NCBI GenBank assembly: GCA_951406725.2
Contig: OX597822.1
Coordinates: 102,486,001 to 102,550,000, forward strand
Origin: Octopus vulgaris
Lineage: Eukaryota
Length of the DNA: 64,000 nt
Reading direction: 5' to 3'
The notes below the pieces were generated by a model that saw nothing but the letters and a program-made list of their open reading frames with translations, ran no database searches and was not told the origin of the DNA. Position 1 is the stretch's first letter, and every line of letters starts with the position of its first letter. Position numbers and translations under genes: made by a program. Of this stretch, positions 52,820-64,000 are shown piece by piece.

Positions 52820-53312
52820 TGGTCTGATTTTGGTATGGTTTCTACTTTCTAACACCAACCACTTTTGGTTATATGCCATTGCTTCTGTGAGGCCCAACAC
52901 TCGAAAGGTGCTTTTTCTGCGCCACCAATTACATGACACTGGCATCGGCCACGACTGTGATTGCATTTAGCTTGATGGGTCCTCTCAAGCACAGCATATC
53001 GCCTAAGGTCTTGGTCACTAGTCATTGCCTCCATGGGGCCCAATATTCAAAGATCATGCTTCACTACCCTGTGCCATGTCTTAGATCTACCTCTCCCACA
53101 GGTTCCCTCCACAGTTAGAGATCGGCACTTCCTTACACAGCTGTCCTCGTCCATATGCGTCACATGACCATGCCAGCACAGTCGTCCCTTGCCCACCACA
53201 CCCGATGCTTCTTATGCCCAACCTTTCTTTCAAAACACACTGTTGTACATACACACTGACGTTGCACATCCAACGAAGCATACTTTCTTTCTTTCAAGCC
53301 TACGCATGTCCT
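52820..53312 (-). mobile_element. RTE LINE 3' fragment with family E UTR
   Basis: MLRWMCNVSV...LKERLGIRSI; DLRRYAVLE. Confidence 0.75.
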
Positions 53313-54244
53313 CCTTTGACTAATATCATTTAATTTCATTATTTTGTTACCCATGTAACCTATTTAAACAGTTGTCAATCTGTTTTCTCTGACTTTCACA
53401 TTTAGTTGGCAGCAACCATATGCAAGCTGTTTTATAATCATTTCGTCTCATTCGATACCCTGACCCCAATGTTTGTTTTGTCTGTCCTCGTATCATCCCC
53501 ACTTTTTCTCGACCTTATGGTGAATAAAGAAATACTCTCTCTCTCTCTCTTTCGTCTGCCTTTACGTTCTGAGTTCAAATTCCGCCGAGGTCGACTTTGC
53601 CTTTCATCCTTTCAGGTTTGATAAATTAAGTACCAGTTACGCACTGGGGTCGATGTAATCGACCTAATCCATTTGTCTGTCCTTGTTTGTCCCCTCTATG
53701 TTTAGCCCCTTGTGGGTAGTAAAGAAATTATTATTATTAGTTAGTCGTCTTGTTTTTATCACATGCTTTCACTGCACAACCAAGCACAGCTGTATTTACC
53801 TCGGGTATGTGCTGTGGTTTGTTTTGGTGTTGTTATTTTCATTGTATCGAAAGTTCTTTACGTAGAATGTGTAAGATGCCTGGTAGTGTTATTTTCTGTA
53901 TGTTATTTATATTCGTAAGTTCTGGTGTTTTTGGTTATGTTTCTCTTCTTCATTCCAGTTTTTACTCCAAATGTCAGAACTAGTTCTTTATTTTCTTTCT
54001 AGAATTTCCTTTCATCATTCATAAATAGGCTCTTTTCTAAAAGATAAATATCGCTTTTTTTATATTTACACCGTTTTATACAGCTTTAAATATCGCTTTC
54101 TTTTCTTCGTCTTCATAAAGCTGTCATTTGCAAAGCAACATGACTTCGTAAGATAACATGAACCATGCTTTCACTAAGTGCTTCAAGTACCAATTCTGCT
54201 TCAAGCAGCTGTAGACACTTTAACCTTGTAGCAAGTACCTAGCT

Positions 54245-54886
54245 GGATCTTGGCCTTTTGACCGACAGATTTTAAAAATAATTTTTTGTAACTAAACACT
54301 TTCAAACTTTGGACACTGGTAAAATGTGTCATATGAAACATCTTTTACTCTTAGTGTTTTTGAGAAAAGCTTATATTTAGGAAGTTATTTCACGTTAAAG
54401 TTGTAGTATTTCGGTAATTTCAACCAATCAATGACGTGTATTCAGCTGAATAAAATTACTGCTGTTGTTTGTCAACAACAACTTCTGGCAGTGTATATTT
54501 CGTTTGTCACTGTTATTTAGCCCTAACCCTAAAACCTTAACCCTAACCCTAACCCAAATACCTTAACCCTAAAACTCTAACCCTAAAATCTTAACCCTAA
54601 CACCCTAACCCTAAATAACAGTGACAAACGAAATATACACCGCTGATAGTTGTTGCTGACAAACAACAGCAGTAATTTTATTCAGCTGAATACATGTCAT
54701 TGATTGCTTGAAATTACCAAAATATGAGAACTTTAACGTGAAATAACTTCATAAATATAAGCTTTTCTCAAAAACACTAGGAGTAAAATGTATTTTATAT
54801 GACACATTCTACCAGTGTCCGAAGTTTGAAAGTATTTAGTTACAAAAAATTATTTTTTAAATCTGTCGGTCAAAAGGTAAAGATCC
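54245..54886. mobile_element. Foldback MITE (GGATCTT family) with ~275-bp arms, 8-bp TSD and a (CCCTAA)-like spacer
   Basis: TSD ACCTAGCT at 54237-54244 and 54887-54894. Confidence 0.93.
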
Positions 54887-55939
54887 ACCTAGCTTAATAG
54901 TTAAGAATGTTAAAGTCACAATCATAATATCATGGGTTCAATTCTTGAATTGGGTTGCACTTTGTCTCATTGAGCAAACAAATTTATTTCATGTTACTTC
55001 CATCTACTCAGCTAAAAATGAGTCCTAGTCAAGTACTGGTGGGGTGAATTCTCTCCTTCCAGCTGCCACAGCTTAGGTGTTCCACTTTGACTCACTTGGA
55101 TGTAGGCCAGTAGAATCATTACCCAGTCAGACAAAATGCTTCGTGGCACTTTTTTCTTGCTTTTCATTCTGAATTCAAATGTAGTTGAGGTTAACTTTGC
55201 CTTTCATTCTTTTAGGGTTCATAAAATAAGCACTGGGCAGGGGTCAATGTAATTGACTGACCCTCTCCCTTCAAAATTGCTGGCCTTGTGCCAAAATTAT
55301 AAAGAATTATTGCAATCTTGCTTTAATTCCCAGCATCTTATTTATTGATAGATCTCCAACTTGCTTCTGGGTGATGTTTATTTGGAATAGGTCTAAATGT
55401 CTAACAGAGTGCAAAGACTTGTATTTCATTCCTTGATCGTTAAATCTGGGCCATTTGGTTTAATCTTCTTAGTCTTTAATCTTAATCTTCTTACAAGAAG
55501 GAACACCTCATCTTTCTGAAATTCTACTGCTAGCAGATTCCTTATTTGGCACCTGCTTCTACTGTTTTTGTGCTTTGACATGGAAGTAAGTATCTAGTTA
55601 GATATATCTATTTGTATCTGTCTAATCAGAAGAGGGAATAACAAAGCCAAGGAGCTTTCTCAGGGCCTCCAAGACAAGTAAGAAGAAAGCTGGGTGTTAT
55701 CCTCAAACAAGGAATCTGGACCAAAAGTTAGTTGCAGTGTGGACTTCTTTAATGGCACCCAAAATCCAGGCATATATGTTTGATTAGACAACAGATTAGC
55801 CTGTTGCCTCTCAACCAAGCCTAATATTATTCACTTGCATTGTTACCCCAAATGCTACCAGGGTCAACTTTACTTTCCATCATTTGGGATTGATAAAATA
55901 AGTACCAGTTGAACATGGGGGATTGATAAGTTAAGTTAA

Positions 55940-56214
55940 CCCCTTACCCGGCAGAAACGAATATATGCGTTTTGACCGAAATCGTTTTTTTTCTATCTCT
56001 GGCGAGTTAACTCGTCAAAAGATAGACTCACCAAAATCGACAGCGTTTCTGCTCAAAGCAGTAATTTAAAATCAATATTATTGAATTAAAATTCATAATA
56101 AATAAGGTTTGAAATATACCTCGAAATCACCATTCAAAACATAGTAAAATAAAACAATTAAAAAATATGTCTGAAAAAATACATTTATTTTCAAAATAAT
56201 TGTTGGGTAAGGGT
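55940..56214. mobile_element. piggyBac-like MITE nested in a CR1 tail within a SINE
   Basis: TTAA|CCCCTTACCC...GGGTAAGGGT|TTAA. Confidence 0.65.
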
Positions 56215-58470
56215 TTAAGTTAATTTTTTGGCTCAAAAACCAAAAGGCAAGGCCATGTAGGGGGACATGGAGTTATGTACAGAGAGGGTGTTCATACAAA
56301 GAGTTCAGGCCATTTGTGGTCTGACTTATCCCCCTCCCCTAAAATTGCTGGTCTTGTGACAAAATTTGAAATCAATATTACTCACCTGCTTGTAGATATT
56401 CTGTAGCTGCTTGAAAAAATTGTCCCTGCACCATTTTTTGATTCAGGTTTCCAGCCCCGGCCCCTCTCTCTTTCCCTTTCTCTCTCTCTCTTTCTCTCTC
56501 TCTCTTTCTCTCTGCTTTTGTTTATTTTGTTTGCAATCTTCTCTCCTTTTTTATTTACCTATCATCATCATCATTTAACATCCGTTTTTCCATGCTAATA
56601 TGGGTTGGACGGTTCGACCGGGGTCTGGTAAGCCATGGAGGCTGCACCAGGCCCCAGTCTGATCTGGCAGTGTTTCTACAGCTGGATGCCCTTCTTAACG
56701 CCAACCACTCCGTGAGTGTAGTGGGTGTTTTTTACGTGCCACCAGCACAGGGGCCAGAGCAGGCTGACAAACGGCCACGATCGGTTGGTGCTTTTACATG
56801 TTACCGACACGGACGCCAGTCAGGCGGCGCTGGCATCTGCCACGTTCGGACGGTGATTTTTACATGTCACCAGCATGGTTGTCTTAACTACAATTTCCAT
56901 TTGCATTTTAATTTTGATGTATTCGTCTTTTCACAGTACAAAAAAGTTTCTTGTAACTCATTCTATGTTTCCTCTCCAGACATGTAATAGATATGATGTA
57001 ATTGCTAATAATATTACCAAATATATCATATCTATTACGTTTACTAGATTTCTTTCAAAACCCATCACGTCTGACCTAAAACCACTGTAGCATATTGCAG
57101 TTGAAAGCTGAGTCACAAGTGAGTCATCACACTTGAAAGATATATGTATTACGCAACTAAATTAACAACACTATTAAAAACTCTTATTTAATAAGACGGA
57201 TAATTCTGCTCCCTTGATACTACATTCCAAATTTCAGTTTTAAGGTGGCAGGACCAGGTTCCAAAAAGCATTTAAAATATTAGACACTTCCAGCAAATTA
57301 TAAAAGCGTTTTATTTTTTGTATCAGTCAGGAGGAATGCAGTGCCTATGACTTCTTTACAGGGCCCTGAGACTGGTAGGAAAGTGGGAGGGATGAAAGTA
57401 TCTTCAAACTGGGGACATAGCCTAAACGTTTGCATCAGAATGGACCTTGTTAAAGGTACCCATGGCACCAGCTGGGAGTGTTAAATCAGGCAGCAGATTA
57501 GTTCTAACACCCAAGGAAATTACTTCTAAATTTTGAAAATTTTATTTTCATAAATATTCATCATCATCGTTTAACGTCCGCTTTCCATGCTAGCATGGGT
57601 TGGACGAATGACTGAGGACTGGTGAGCCAGAGGCTGCACCTGGTTTCAATTTTGATTTGGTAGAGTTTCTACAGTTGGATGCCCTTCCTAACGCCAACCA
57701 CTCCGAGAGTGTAGTGGGTGCTTTTACGTGCTACCAGCACGAGGGCCAGTCTGGCGATACTGGCAACAACCTCGCTCAAATCTTTTACATATGCCACCGG
57801 CACAGGTCCCAGTAAGGCGACGTTTGTAACAATCACGCTCGAATGACGCTTTTTACGTGCCACTGGCACGGAGGCCAGATAGCCGCTTTGGCAACAATCA
57901 CACTCAGATGGTGCTCTTAATACCCTATTAGCACGGGGCTCGAGTGCCAGTAAAGTGACGCTGATAACAATCATGCTCGAATGGTGCCACTGGCACTGAA
58001 GCCGGTTAGCCGCTCTGTCAATGATCACGCTCAGATGGTGCTCTTTGCACCCTGCTAGCACGGACGCCAGTCATCGAATTTGATTTTTATTTTTATAAAT
58101 ATTATCCTGAATAATTATATATTTGACACTGGTGCCCCACCCCGTCACAATATTGAACTTAGCTGATGGATTTCTATCGCTACTTTTACAGACTGCAAGG
58201 GATCCATGGACTGCAAGTTAGAAACATAGGGTTTCTTTAATTGTCTTTAGCTCCTCCAGTTGGCACTATTTTTATTAATGTTTATAAAACAAGGTGCATT
58301 GTGCTGTAGTAACACTATGGAGGACCGAGCCTACAGGTTGTTTTCCTCCATCCCCCCCCACTATCTCTCCTTCTTTCCCTCTCTCTCTCTCTCTCTCTCT
58401 CCCACTAGAAAGATTTTTGTTCATTATGCAAATATTATAAGCATTACTTCTATGTTAATATTAATTTCAA

Positions 58471-60280
58471 AAGGTGGCGAGCTGGCAAAATCATTAGCAC
58501 GCCAGGCGAAATGCTTAGTGGTATTTCGTTTGCCATTACGTTCTGAGTTCAAATTCTGCCGAGGTCGACTTTGCCTTTCATCCTTTCGGGGTCGATAAAT
58601 TAAGTACCAGTTACGCACTGGGGTCGATATAATTGACTTAATCCGTTCATCTGCCCTTGTTTGTCCTCTCTGTATTTAGCCCCTTGTGGGTAGTAAAGAA
58701 ATAGGTATTTCGTCTGCTGTTACATTCTGAGTTCAAATCCACCAAGGTCAACTTTGCCTTTCATCCTTTCAGGGTTGATTAAATAAGTACCAGTTATGCA
58801 CTGGAATTGATGTAATCGACTTAATCCCATTGTTTGTCCTTGTTTATCCCCTCTATGTATTTAGCCCCCTGTGGGCAATAAAGAAATAAATATTGATTTC
58901 AAATTTTGGCACAAAGTCAGTAGTTTGGAGGAGTGGGTAAGTTGATTACATCAACCCGCCCCAACCTTTGGGCTGGCTGGTGCCCATTCCCCTTTGCTAT
59001 CCTGAGGCTTTTTTGGAGCTGGATTTTCTACAGGGAGCATGCCCTTGCTTACCCCCAAACTCAGTTTCTAGACATGAGTGGTCCTGAGACCAAGGCTTCT
59101 ACCATAATTTTTAAGAAATGTGGTGGAAAAATAGTTCAGGAAGGCAGGGACGCTACTCCTTGAGACCCCTTTTGAAGCCCCTCTACCATTATGTTAATAT
59201 TACTATTTCTATTAAGGTGGCAAGCTGGCAAAATCATTACCATACCAGGAAAAATGCTTGGCAGCATTTTGTCCATTCTGAGTTCAAATCCACCAAGGTC
59301 GACTTTGCCTTTCATCTTTTCAGAGTTGATTTAAATAAGTACCTGTTACGCACTGAGATTGATGTAATCAACTTAATCCCTTTGCTTGCCCTTGTTTGTC
59401 CCCTCTATGTTTAGCCCCCTGTGGGCAAAGAAATAAATATTGATTTCAAATTTTGGCACAAGGTCAGTAGTTTGGAGTTGTGGGTAAGTTATGTTCCAAG
59501 TTCTAATTCAACCAAGGTTGACTTTGCCTTTCATCCTTTCAGGGTTGATATAATCAATTTAATCCCTCCTCCATAACTTCTGGCCTTGTACTAAAATCGG
59601 AAATCAATATTAATATTGCTATTAATAATAAGGCAGTGAGCTGGCAGAATCATTAGCACGCCAGCCAAAATGCTTAGTGGTATGTCATCCATCAAAAGCG
59701 GCAAGCTGGCAGAAATGTTAGCACGCCGGGCATAATGCTAAGCCGTATTTCGTCTGCCGTTACATTCTGAGTTCAAATTCCGCCGAGGTCGACTTTGCCT
59801 TTCATCCTTTCAGGGTCAATTAAATAAGTACCAGTTATGCACTAGGGTCGATAAAATCGACTTAATCTGTGTGTCTGTCCTTGTTTGTCCCCTCTATGTT
59901 TAGCCCCTTGTGGGTAGTAAAGAAATAGGTATTTCACTTGCCGCTACATTCTAAGTTCAAATTCCGCCGAGGTCGACTTTGCCTTTCATCCTTTCGGAGT
60001 TGATTAAATAAGTACCAGTTATGCACTGGGGTCGATAAAATTGACTTAATTCATTTGTCTGTCCTTGTTTGTCCTCTCTGTGTTTAGCCCCTTGTGGGTA
60101 GTAAATAAATAGGTATTTCATCCATCATTACATTCTGAGTTCAAATTCCATTGAGATCAACTTTGCCTTTCATCCTTTCAGGGTCAATAAATTAAGTACC
60201 AGTAGGGCACTGGGGGTCGATGTAGTTGACTTACCCTCGCCCCTGAAATTGCTAGCGTTGTGCCAAAATTTGAAACCAAT
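58471..60280 (+). mobile_element. Cluster of family A SINE monomers and multimers
   Basis: Units at 58471-58890 (x2), 59215-59435, ~59495-59610 and 59630-60280 (x3 or more). Confidence 0.88.
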
Positions 60281-60338
60281 ATTTAATGTTATGCACACTA
60301 CAACCTCTTGTCATTTCTATTTTAAACAGGAAAGCATC

Positions 60339-61466
60339 ATGAATGAGAATGAATCGCAATCCAATGAGAGAACCCTTACTGAAGATTTAAACAGGAACAC
60401 CTTGGAAGACAATCCAGAATACAGATTTCAGAATGCTTGCTGTCTTCATAGACTTTTCAGAAAAATTTTTAGATGTCTATTTTTGCTAAAAAGATTTTCT
60501 TCAAATGCACAAAAATATATTATTTGGATTTTGATAATTGTACTGTCTCTGTCTGGTGGACTTTATTTGCGATGCTATGTTTTCCAGAAAAGATCTATGG
60601 TTCTCTTACCATTAGATATTTCTGTTGTAGACACAATTGTGCCTCTCTTTTGCTCCAGCGTATCAATTTGCTATAAAGGAAGCAAAATTAAAGTTCATGT
60701 TTTATCAGAGAAGCCTGAACTTAGCAACGAACAAGTCCAACACAGCTATACAGATAGCTTTATCTTGAGGGAAGAAAATGAGAAAATATGGCCCATAAGT
60801 TTACAACAGAATTCGTCTTTATCAATGACACTGTGTAGTGAAGGACTATCAGAGATTGGTTTAATTACAGGCAAAGAAAACTTTGAGAAATGGGAATCGG
60901 AGAAAGGATGCAGTCAGTGTTTGGAGAGTTTTACTGTTGATTCTACTTGCCTGAAATTCAATTTGTCACAACCAACTGCTAATATGCACTATATTGTTTT
61001 CAAAAGTATTGGAAAAGGATCACTTATTAAGGCAGATATTTCCCTGAAAAGAACATTGTATAAAATTCAAGGAAGCGATTTTCATTTCAAAAAGAACAGC
61101 AACTGTTTTAAAATACCAGTGAAAATGCAATCATCCGAATATATTTTATTGCAGTCTTTGTCAAAAAAATGGGAGTTTATTCCAGTAACAATCATATACA
61201 ATACTAGAAATTATATATTTATCATATTCTTTCTTGTTCTACCATGTTTTCTGGGGTCATTGATTTTTTCTATGACAGAGCGGTTATTTAATAACTATTC
61301 TGATGAAGATTTAGAAATTGAAGATCATACAAGCACATTGTCAGTTATTGAGTACCTTGACTCGAATAGTCCACCATCATACGATAGCATCTTCCCTGAA
61401 AATGACCCTAACACACTACCATCTTACCAAAAATGTGCTGAAATCGGAATCCCAAAAACATCTTGA
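60339..61466 (+). CDS. Two-TM membrane protein, APD1-4-like (DUF4792/DUF4793-type) luminal region, C-terminal PY motifs; 375 aa from this ATG
   Basis: Uninterrupted non-repetitive ORF. Splice acceptor tttctattttaaacag|G at 60329/60330 lies just before the ATG. TM segments IIWILIIVLSLSGGLYL and YIFIIFFLVLPCFLGSLIF; PPSY and LPSY; AATAAA at 61547. The family assignment is by motif recall only. Confidence 0.8.
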   Translation: MNENESQSNERTLTEDLNRNTLEDNPEYRFQNACCLHRLFRKIFRCLFLLKRFSSNAQKYIIWILIIVLSLSGGLYLRCYVFQKRSMVLLPLDISVVDTIVPLFCSSVSICYKGSKIKVHVLSEKPELSNEQVQHSYTDSFILREENEKIWPISLQQNSSLSMTLCSEGLSEIGLITGKENFEKWESEKGCSQCLESFTVDSTCLKFNLSQPTANMHYIVFKSIGKGSLIKADISLKRTLYKIQGSDFHFKKNSNCFKIPVKMQSSEYILLQSLSKKWEFIPVTIIYNTRNYIFIIFFLVLPCFLGSLIFSMTERLFNNYSDEDLEIEDHTSTLSVIEYLDSNSPPSYDSIFPENDPNTLPSYQKCAEIGIPKTS

Positions 61467-61999
61467 ACAAAATGGATGATGAACACCTTTATTTATTCAT
61501 ATATTTATTCAATCAGGCATGTTACTGAATATATTTTTTCACTCAAAATAAAATCGAATGAAGATATTTAAAAACAAATTAAAAAACATAGCATCAGGGA
61601 TCACTTATGAAAGCTGTATATATATATATAAAGAATATACATATATATTCTTTTACTTGTTTCAGCCATTGGAATGTGGCCATGCTAGACCATTGCGTTG
61701 AAGAGTTTATTCGAACAAATCAATACTTTGTACTCATTCTGTTGGTCTCTTGTACAAGACTGCTAAGTTATGTGAACATAAATAAATGAACAATGGTTGT
61801 ATGTGGTAGGTGGACAAACACACACACACATATCCACAACAAGCTTCCACACAGACACCAACTATTAAATTCACTCACAAGACATTGGGCAGTCTGAGAT
61901 TATATACAAGTCACTTACTCCAGTGCCATGAAGTAGGGTTGAACATGAAATCACATGGTTGCACTGTGAAATTCTTAACCACATACCCATGCCTGCACC

Positions 62000-62035
<36 letters not shown>

Positions 62036-62125
62036 GGGAGAGTTTACGAAAAAGATAAAAGACGAAGACAGGTGGTGTACAAAACAAACAGATGTATTAG
62101 TATAATGCTCAGGAATAGAAAAAGT

Positions 62126-62357
62126 CTTTTACGTTTTGAGCCTACGCTCTTCTACAGAAAGGGACGCAGAAGAAACAAGGAGAGAAAAAAATGTGTATTG
62201 ACTATATATATATATATATATATAGTCAATTCAAGGAAACAAACAACAAAATTAACAATAACAAACAACAAGAGGACATGCATAAGGAATGTATTACTTT
62301 GTTGCTCAATAAAAAGAGAGAGTTTTTGACATTTCAAGCATAGCTCTTCATCGGAAA
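62126..62357 (-). ncRNA. Two degenerate H2-type minimal hammerhead motifs (62126-62161 and 62325-62357)
   Basis: cttt-CTGTAGA-A-gagc-gtag-gctc-AAAACGTA-aaag and ttt-CCGATGA-A-gagc-tat-gctt-GAAATGTC-aaa; stems are retained but the cores are mutated. Confidence 0.5.
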
Positions 62358-64000
62358 GGAGAAAGAGAAAAGTCCAAAGAGGGAAAAGAAATTACCAGTG
62401 GCATGTGTATAGCTATATATATATTTATATCTATTAAATAGAAAGGCTGACTAACAATAACAGATGTAAGGAATGTGAAAAGTTCCATATACAATTTACA
62501 TGATGTAATCAAGTCTCATCTTTAGAGCTGTTTCGAATAATCGATGACTGGTTGATATAACCATACATATTATGCAATGAATCTATAAAACTATTCGTTG
62601 GTTACCAATTAAATAAAAGCAGCAATTAAAAGGCTTAACAGAAATATTTTTTTGTTATCTCACAGTTTCTTACAATTCATTAACACTTAACTTACAAAAA
62701 CAACAAAAAAAAAACATATTCAGCACTCAATTTTTTTACCTCATTGCTTAACACTAAACCAATACAAAATCAAATGATTATTTATAACAGTGAACTAACT
62801 GATATTTATGGACGGTGATTCTAAATTACTGTCATATTGCCATACTAACCCTTTAACATTTAAACTGGCCCTTCTACTTGTATGTTCAAATGGAACAGAT
62901 CCAACTTCTCACACCTGTCCCACAATGTCATTCTAATTTTTTTTTTTTTTTTTTCAATCTCAAAACTATGAGATAATACATGGTTATTTCAAAACAATGT
63001 GAATAAAGAAGCATTTCATTTGATAAAATAAACTGAATACTGAAGGACAAAAACTGTTCAGCACACAATACACAAATCAAAATCACAATGAACTTCCTTC
63101 TTGATGAGAAATTGGGAAAATTAAAATGTAACATTGATTAATGTTTGAGATTTGTAAAAAAAAAAAAAAAAAATTAAATTAATAAATAAATCTATTTTTT
63201 ACTTTTTAATTCATGTTATTTTTATATTTTAATTCATTTTGCATTTTTACTTGCTCATATTTTTACTCATTCTTTAACCCTTTCGTTACTGTATTTGTTT
63301 TGAGATGTTCTGTGTTTCTTTCAATTATTTTAAATATAATAAAGAATTTAGTAAAATATCTTCGTTATCATTAAGCTAGTGTTAGGAACATAAATTGTGA
63401 CTAAGGTTTGGTGGAAGATTTTAATGAAAACCTTATGGAAACAAGACATTAATACTACAGAGCCACAGCCAGTTTTGGCCGGGTTGCTAACGAAAAGGTT
63501 AAAATTGTTCTGTTTTGATGGAGTTTTTTCTGTGGCCTCTTTTATGGAAACCTTATTGTGTGTATTTCATATTAAACCTACATGTGGAATATAATATATA
63601 AACTTTTATGGTGTTTTCTTTTAGCCAGTCCTCTGTAACTTGGTCAACATGCAATTTAGAGTTCTAAAAATTATAAGTAAATTGCAATGGAAGGAAAAAG
63701 TGGTGGCAGTGCCATTCCATAGTTTCAAAAAGTGAATAAAGAATTCCTCCAATATGTTGTGTCCATAGGTACCAGATACTTACTTGTATGGTACCTTCTG
63801 ATATGTTGAGCATGAAACACCGTTTCGACCCTGTGCTTGAGGAGACCTATTGAGTCAGGTACATCAACATCAAAAATCAATGGAAATTGTAGTTGTGATC
63901 CCTGTGCCGGTGGCACATAAAAAGCGCCATCCGAATGTGGCCGATGCCAGCGCCACCATGACTGGCTTCTGTGCCGGTGGCACGTAATAAGCACCAGCCG

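Noticed and set aside
60249-60338. N-terminal 30 aa of the 405-aa ORF
   Set aside because: Begins with TTG inside a SINE tail and lies upstream of a clear splice acceptor, so it is probably intronic.

Overview
AT-rich, repeat-dominated eukaryotic DNA. The tRNA-derived SINE families, RTE 3'-UTR repeats and long (TA)n/(TACA)n tracts resemble an octopus (cephalopod) genome; this is an inference. There is one convincing host coding exon (60339-61466, +), a two-TM APD1-4-like membrane protein with PY motifs. The rest is a nested transposon landscape: a young but broken full-length Gypsy (Mag-like) LTR element, an older Gypsy fragment, RTE, CR1 and Tx1-like LINE remnants, Penelope-like elements (one with Naiad-type motifs), hAT and mariner remnants, Helitron ends, several MITE families and many SINEs. 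The most notable signal is non-coding: type I hammerhead ribozyme motifs at several loci. These include an intact, covarying family whose stem II loop holds a polyadenylation signal (11918-12001 and 3909-3999), a minimal hammerhead (19540-19574), and a Penelope 3' cassette pairing a tRNA-like promoter with a hammerhead. Most long ORFs in the ORF track are microsatellite artefacts. All calls were made by eye; no searches were run.
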